Below, piece after piece: positions 28,268 to 33,068 of a stretch of DNA of 33,068 bases. Below the pieces are notes generated by a model. It made no database searches. It saw nothing but the letters and a program-made list of their open reading frames with translations, and was not told where the DNA came from. This stretch comes from Dehalococcoidia bacterium (GTDB lineage Bacteria; Chloroflexota; Dehalococcoidia; Dehalococcoidales; UBA1222): the NCBI GenBank assembly GCA_009776515.1, contig WRNP01000005.1, forward strand, positions 1 through 33,068, written 5' to 3'. The position numbers and the translations under genes were made by a program. Each line of letters opens with the position of its first letter. Position 1 is the first letter of the stretch.

Positions 28268-29346
28268 ACCAAATTGGCCTCAAGTTGCTTGGCCTGCTCG
28301 CTGGCGGCAACGGCATTGATGAGTTCGTCCAGGTAGCCTTCCAAAACCCGCGGCAGGTTATGAATGGTGAGTCCAGTTCGGTGGTCGGTAATTCGGTCCT
28401 GGGGGAAATTATAAGTACGTATCTTTTCCGCCCGCTCGCCGCTACCGACCTGACAGCGTCGTTCGGCAGAAATCTCGCTTTCCCGTTTTTCCCGCTCAGC
28501 ATCAAGCAGCCTGGCGCGTAACACGGCCATGGCTTTCTGCCGGTTGCGGAGCTGCGAACGCTCGTCCTGGCAGACGACTACGGTATTGGTGGGTAGATGG
28601 GTGATGCGCACTGCCGTGGCTACCTTATTGACGTTCTGCCCACCCGCACCGCCGCTATGGAAGATGTCTATCTTCAGATCAGCGGGATCAATGTCCATCT
28701 CAACTTCGTCGGCTTCAGGTAACACGGCCACGGTCGCGGTTGAGGTATGGATGCGCCCTGAGGCTTCAGTAGTCGGCACGCGCTGGACGCGGTGCACCCC
28801 ACGTTCGTATTTTAAGCGGCTAAAAGCCCCCCGGCCCCTCACTTCAAAGACAATCTCCTTAAGGCTGCCCAAATGGGGCTCGCTACGATCGATGACCTCT
28901 GCTTGCCAACCTAAGAGTTGGGCATAACGGGAGTACATACGGAATAGGTCGGCAGCGAATATGCCCGCCTCATCGCCACCTGTGCCGGCACGAATCTCCA
29001 TGATGACATCGCGCTCGTCATTGGGATCTTTGGGCAAAAGAGCTTTTTTCAGCTCTTCCTCTTCTTGCTCGAGGCGTTTCTCCAGGGAGGCTGTTTCCTG
29101 TTTTATAAGCGTTCGCATTTCGTCATCAGCCTCATTGATGAGCAACTCACGGAGCTCGTCCAGCGAGCGAGCGGTCATTTGATACTGCCGATAGCGCATG
29201 ACGACATCTTCCAATCCTGCTCGTTCTCTGGCTAACGCCTGCAACCGGCGCGGGTTTTCCGCCGTTTCCGGGACGGCCATCTCGTGTTCAATATCATTAA
29301 AGCGCTTTTCGATTTGGGATAGTCTGTCTATCATATGTTGCCTCAA
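28264..29346 (-). CDS. prfA: Peptide chain release factor 1
   Basis: EIRAGTGGDEA, GVHRVQRVPTTE (PxT recognition loop), GAGGQNVNK, IRTYNFPQ.RITDHR. Start is TTG 29346 or ATG 29334. Confidence 0.97.
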   Translation of the reverse strand: MRQHMIDRLSQIEKRFNDIEHEMAVPETAENPRRLQALARERAGLEDVVMRYRQYQMTARSLDELRELLINEADDEMRTLIKQETASLEKRLEQEEEELKKALLPKDPNDERDVIMEIRAGTGGDEAGIFAADLFRMYSRYAQLLGWQAEVIDRSEPHLGSLKEIVFEVRGRGAFSRLKYERGVHRVQRVPTTEASGRIHTSTATVAVLPEADEVEMDIDPADLKIDIFHSGGAGGQNVNKVATAVRITHLPTNTVVVCQDERSQLRNRQKAMAVLRARLLDAEREKRESEISAERRCQVGSGERAEKIRTYNFPQDRITDHRTGLTIHNLPRVLEGYLDELINAVAASEQAKQLEANLV

Positions 29347-29352
29347 AGTCTA

Positions 29353-29361
29353 ATTTTAACA
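29353..29361 (-). promoter_or_regulatory. Extended -10 promoter of prfA-prmC
   Basis: Minus strand TGtTAAAAT 6 nt before TTG 29346, just downstream of the acs terminator. Confidence 0.6.
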
Positions 29362-29393
29362 TGGGTATGGGGCACGCTCCAAAAAAGGTTGCT

Positions 29394-29425
29394 AAAGAAA
29401 GGGAGGAGGCTATAGCCTCCTCCCT
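29394..29425 (-). terminator. Intrinsic terminator of acs
   Basis: Palindrome AGGGAGGAGGC-TATA-GCCTCCTCCCT (29400-29425) followed by TTCTTT on the minus strand. Confidence 0.8.
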
Positions 29426-29444
29426 GACGTTGAACGACTCGGCT

Positions 29445-31400
29445 TTAGCCGCCTGTGCCGCGGCAGGCTCGCTTTAACTCCTCATAGGCCTCTTGGGCTT
29501 CCTGGACCGATGTCTGGTCATCCAGGGTGGACATATCGCCGATGGCAGTACCCGAGGCGACGGCTTTCAATACTCGGCGCATGATCTTGCCGCTACGGGT
29601 CTTGGGCAGCTTGTCCACAAAAAGGATTTCGTCGGGGATGGCGACGGTGCCGATAACTGTACGCAGATGCTTGACAAGCTCTCGTTTGAGATCGTCTGAG
29701 GGTTGGGTATCGGCACATAGGGTAACGAAGAGGACAATGGATTCGCCCTTGACATCATCGGGTTTAGAAGTCGCGGCGGCCTCTGCCACGCTGGCATGGC
29801 CAACAGTGGCATGCTCTAACTCAGCGGTGCTAATACGGTGTCCGGATACTTTAATGACCTCGTCGGAGCGGCCCAGGAGCCACCAATAGCCATCGCTGTC
29901 TTTCATGGCGAAATCGCCCGGTACATACCAGCCTGGGAAGCGTGACCAATAGACTTGCTGATAGAGTTCGGAGGCACCAAAAACATCAAGTAGCATACCT
30001 GGCCAGGGATGCCGGATGACGATATAGCCCGTAGTATTGGGCGGCACCTCTTTGCCATTGGCATCTACCACGGCCGTATCGACACCTGGCATGGGCAGGG
30101 TGGCAGAGCCAGGCTTCAAGGGATAATGCTGGATTCCTACGCAGGGGGAGATCATGAAGCCGCCAGCCTCGGTTTGCCACCAGGTATCAATGATGGGGCA
30201 ATTTTCCTTGCCGATGTTTTTATAGAACCATTCCCAGGCCTCGGGGTTGATGGCTTCGCCGACGGTGCCTAGCACTTCAAGGGTAGAGAGGTTGTGGGCG
30301 CTAAGCCAGTCCTCGCCAAACTTCATGAACATACGGATAGCAGTGGGTGAGGTGTAAAGGGCAGTCACGCTATACTTATCCACGATATTCCACCAGCGAT
30401 TGATGGAGGGGTAATCTGGAGCCCCTTCGTAGATGACCGAGGTCAGCCCCAGTGCCAGCGGAGCGTAGATGACGTAGCTGTGGCCGGTGATCCAGCCGGC
30501 ATCGGCGGTACACCACCAAACCGAGTTATCATTGGGGTTAAATGCCCATTGCAGGGTTTTGGTAATCCACACCAAATAGCCTCCCGTGCCGTGGAGGATC
30601 CCTTTTGGCTTGCCGGTGGTGCCGGAGGTATAGAGAATAAAGAGCGGGTCAGTCGAATCCATGGATTCGGGGGTGACGAATGTTCTTTCGGCACTGGCTA
30701 GGTCGTTGTACCAAACATCGCGCGTGGGATTAAAAGGAGCCTCATGGTCGGTATACTTAATGACTAAAACTTTTTCCAAGTCTGGGCAGGCTGCCGCTGC
30801 TTCATCCACAACTTCTTTCAGCGGTAGAATCTTGCCGCGTCGATAGCCACCGCTTGCCGTGATGATGAGACGGGATTTGGAATCATTGACGCGGTCGGCA
30901 ATGGCTTGAGATGAGAAGCCGGAGAAGATGATGCTGTGTACTGCCCCCAGCCGGGCGCAGGCCAGGGTAGCTACCACCAGCTCAGGGATCATAGGTAAAT
31001 AGATGGTTACTCGGTCACCCTTGCCGATGCCAAGTTTTTTTAGGACGGCGGCGAAAGTATTGACTTCTTCGTACAAGTCGCTGTACGAAAGCGTGCGCGT
31101 GGTTCCGGTTTCGCCTTCCCAGTAAATGGCCACCTTGCTCTTGCGCCAAGATTTGGCGTGGCGATCTACGCATTGCACTGAGGCATTGAGGCGCCCGCCA
31201 ACAAACCAGCGTCCGTAGGGTGGCTGCCAGTCAAGCACCTTATCCCAGGGCCGATCCCACTGCAAATCGGAAGCTTGGTCGGCCCAAAATGCCTCCGGGT
31301 CTTCCAGAGCTCGGCTGTAGAGCTTTTGGTAACGACCCAGGGGCCAGAAATAACTGGCAGTGGGTAAGCCCGTTTTGTCACCATTTTTCTTGATTGACAT
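29445..31400 (-). CDS. acs: Acetyl-CoA synthetase (AMP-forming)
   Basis: FILYTSGTTGKPKG, WCTADAGWITGHSY, DTWWQTE, LLGRSD, LPKTRSGKIMRR. ATG 31400 has a GAGGA SD; the ORF is open to TTG 31430. Confidence 0.96.
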   Translation of the reverse strand: MSIKKNGDKTGLPTASYFWPLGRYQKLYSRALEDPEAFWADQASDLQWDRPWDKVLDWQPPYGRWFVGGRLNASVQCVDRHAKSWRKSKVAIYWEGETGTTRTLSYSDLYEEVNTFAAVLKKLGIGKGDRVTIYLPMIPELVVATLACARLGAVHSIIFSGFSSQAIADRVNDSKSRLIITASGGYRRGKILPLKEVVDEAAAACPDLEKVLVIKYTDHEAPFNPTRDVWYNDLASAERTFVTPESMDSTDPLFILYTSGTTGKPKGILHGTGGYLVWITKTLQWAFNPNDNSVWWCTADAGWITGHSYVIYAPLALGLTSVIYEGAPDYPSINRWWNIVDKYSVTALYTSPTAIRMFMKFGEDWLSAHNLSTLEVLGTVGEAINPEAWEWFYKNIGKENCPIIDTWWQTEAGGFMISPCVGIQHYPLKPGSATLPMPGVDTAVVDANGKEVPPNTTGYIVIRHPWPGMLLDVFGASELYQQVYWSRFPGWYVPGDFAMKDSDGYWWLLGRSDEVIKVSGHRISTAELEHATVGHASVAEAAATSKPDDVKGESIVLFVTLCADTQPSDDLKRELVKHLRTVIGTVAIPDEILFVDKLPKTRSGKIMRRVLKAVASGTAIGDMSTLDDQTSVQEAQEAYEELKRACRGTGG

Positions 31401-31467
31401 CAGTTCCTCGCTTTGGTCGTAATTTGCCAAATATCAACGCCCGGGCAAGGGCAGGGAACGAACACGT

Positions 31468-32532
31468 TTAAGCTAGACCCGGCCAAATTTGGCCGCCGGT
31501 CTGGCAGTAATCACGAGGAAGAACTATATGGTCACCAACAATACAATCGCTCAGGCGGGTGCCAGATCCCAGAGTGCAGTTGTGGCCCACGACCGAGCCC
31601 TCAATGCTACCGCCTGCTCCAACTGCGACATTGTGCCATATTATGGCATCGCTGACAATAGCTCCTGCTTCCAGGCGGCACTGTGGCCCGATGACCGTCG
31701 GGCCAGAGATGACGACGCCCTCGCCGATACAACAACCATCGCCGAGGAGCACAGGGCCTTGCAGTCGGGCAGTGGGGTGGATCTCGGGCTGGTTATGAAC
31801 CGCTTGCCCCCCTGGAGAGGAAAATGCCCGCTTGTAGAGGAGGTCTCGATTGAGCTGGTGATATTTAGCTGGGGTGCCGATATCCATCCAGTAGCTGGTA
31901 TCGGCGAACGAGAAAATCGGCTTACCGCGCGTAAGCAGAGCGGGGAAGACATCCCTTTCGAAGCTCATCACTGTGTCAGCGGGGATGGCCGATAATACGT
32001 CCGGCTCAACGATATAAGTTCCAGCGTTGATCAGGTTGGTGGTGACCTCTTGTGCTGATGGCTTCTCTAGGAACCGGCGCACACGGCCGTCCTTATTCGT
32101 TTCCACCAGGCCGTAGGCGCAGGGATTGTCCACGGCGGTAAGAGCGATGCTAACCTTGGCGCGGTGGGCTTTATGACTTTCTTGCATGGTGGCAATATCA
32201 AGACCGGTGAAGATATCGCCGTTCATTATGAGGCAGGCCTCGCGTATATGGCCGAGCGCATTGCGAGCCGCCCCCGCTGTGCCCAGAGGGCTCGGCTCGA
32301 CGACATATTTAAGATCCATCCCGAGGGCGCGCCCATCGCCGAAATAGCTCTCCACGGCCGGGGCTAAGTGACTTAAGGCCAGCACTGCCTCGCGTACTCC
32401 GTAGTCGGTCAGCCGCTTGAGTACATGTTCCAAAAACGGTACATTCAGTACTGGCACCATTGACTTAGGAGTATGCAAGGTGAGGGGTCTCAGGCGCGTT
32501 CCCAGCCCCCCGACAAGTATGACTGCTTTCAT
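31468..32532 (-). CDS. NDP-sugar pyrophosphorylase (mannose-1-phosphate guanylyltransferase-like)
   Basis: MKAVILVGGLGTRLRPLT..PK, EPSPLGTAGA, NGDI, FLEKP, INAGTY, SFERDVFP, YWMDIGTP, C-terminal left-handed beta-helix hexapeptides. Confidence 0.9.
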   Translation of the reverse strand: MKAVILVGGLGTRLRPLTLHTPKSMVPVLNVPFLEHVLKRLTDYGVREAVLALSHLAPAVESYFGDGRALGMDLKYVVEPSPLGTAGAARNALGHIREACLIMNGDIFTGLDIATMQESHKAHRAKVSIALTAVDNPCAYGLVETNKDGRVRRFLEKPSAQEVTTNLINAGTYIVEPDVLSAIPADTVMSFERDVFPALLTRGKPIFSFADTSYWMDIGTPAKYHQLNRDLLYKRAFSSPGGQAVHNQPEIHPTARLQGPVLLGDGCCIGEGVVISGPTVIGPQCRLEAGAIVSDAIIWHNVAVGAGGSIEGSVVGHNCTLGSGTRLSDCIVGDHIVLPRDYCQTGGQIWPGLA

Positions 32533-32765
32533 AGGCTCACTAATAAAACGTTAATGATACCAGACTTGTTTATCCTTTGCCATTACGCCTTGGCTCATCA
32601 GGGGAGTTGCATAAAAATGATTACCGGGAATCCCTAATGGGAACACGCTTCTTGACGAGTTAGCAGTTCACTGGTTCCCGCACGCAAGCGAGAAGATGAC
32701 CATTGTGTACAATATCACTATAGGCTGTGAATCGGTGCAACCAATGCGGTAGTTCAATTCACTAT

Positions 32766-32809
32766 ACCAAGCACAGAGGCACCGCCGTGGCGGTGCCTCT
32801 GTGCTTGGT
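32766..32809. terminator. Long perfect hairpin downstream of the minus-strand surface-protein gene
   Basis: 21-bp arms ACCAAGCACAGAGGCACCGCC / GGCGGTGCCTCTGTGCTTGGT separated by GT; no clear U-tract. Confidence 0.6.
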
Positions 32810-32835
32810 TAAACCACTTACTAATCTAAAGAGCC

Positions 32836-33068
32836 TTAAGACTTCCTTGCGTACATCACCACCATCAACACAAGTGCCACCACTAATAAGGCAGCTAGAA
32901 CTACCAGCCACCATGGGAAATTCGAAGCCTCTTTCTCTATCTCGGTATTAGTTATGGTAGCGGTTCTCTGAACTTCCGTCGGTACCGTAGCAGTGATGGT
33001 AGTAGGAACGGTGGTAGGAACAACGGCCGTAGTAGCACTGATCACTGTGGTAGGAATTGTTGTAGCCA
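32836..33068 (-). CDS. 3' end of a Thr-rich surface protein with a single C-terminal TM anchor (5' end outside window)
   Basis: Frame open to the window edge: ...ATTIPTTVISATTAVVPTT...FPWWLVVLAALLVVALVLMVVMYARKS-stop. Confidence 0.85.
   Translation of the reverse strand, partial: ATTIPTTVISATTAVVPTTVPTTITATVPTEVQRTATITNTEIEKEASNFPWWLVVLAALLVVALVLMVVMYARKS

Overview
Bacterial chromosomal window. Gene content and order (ftsH, polyprenyl synthase-metG, rsmI, uvrC, xerD, an EF-G paralogue, prmC-prfA-acs-nucleotidyltransferase) look like Dehalococcoidia (Chloroflexota); this assignment is inferred from recall and was not searched. Between the convergent fusA paralogue and prmC lies a ~14.3-kb, visibly more AT-rich accessory block, bracketed by an exact 9-bp direct repeat (TGGCTTGAT). 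It carries a Ca2+/cation antiporter, a Trp T-box-controlled trpEGDCF operon lacking trpBA, a COG1373-type AAA ATPase divergent from a DNase I-like EEP nuclease, a large surface protein with 14 RCC1 blades, and a lipoprotein. Three Thr/Pro-rich surface proteins are present, two of them cut by the window edges. Two share an ~82% identical three-helix C-terminal membrane module (WALLNL...TED.SLP.RFVDIWT), my best candidate for an undescribed surface-protein anchoring/sorting signal. Many core genes have extended -10 promoters, and several appear leaderless. No rRNA, tRNA, CRISPR array or transposase was recognised.
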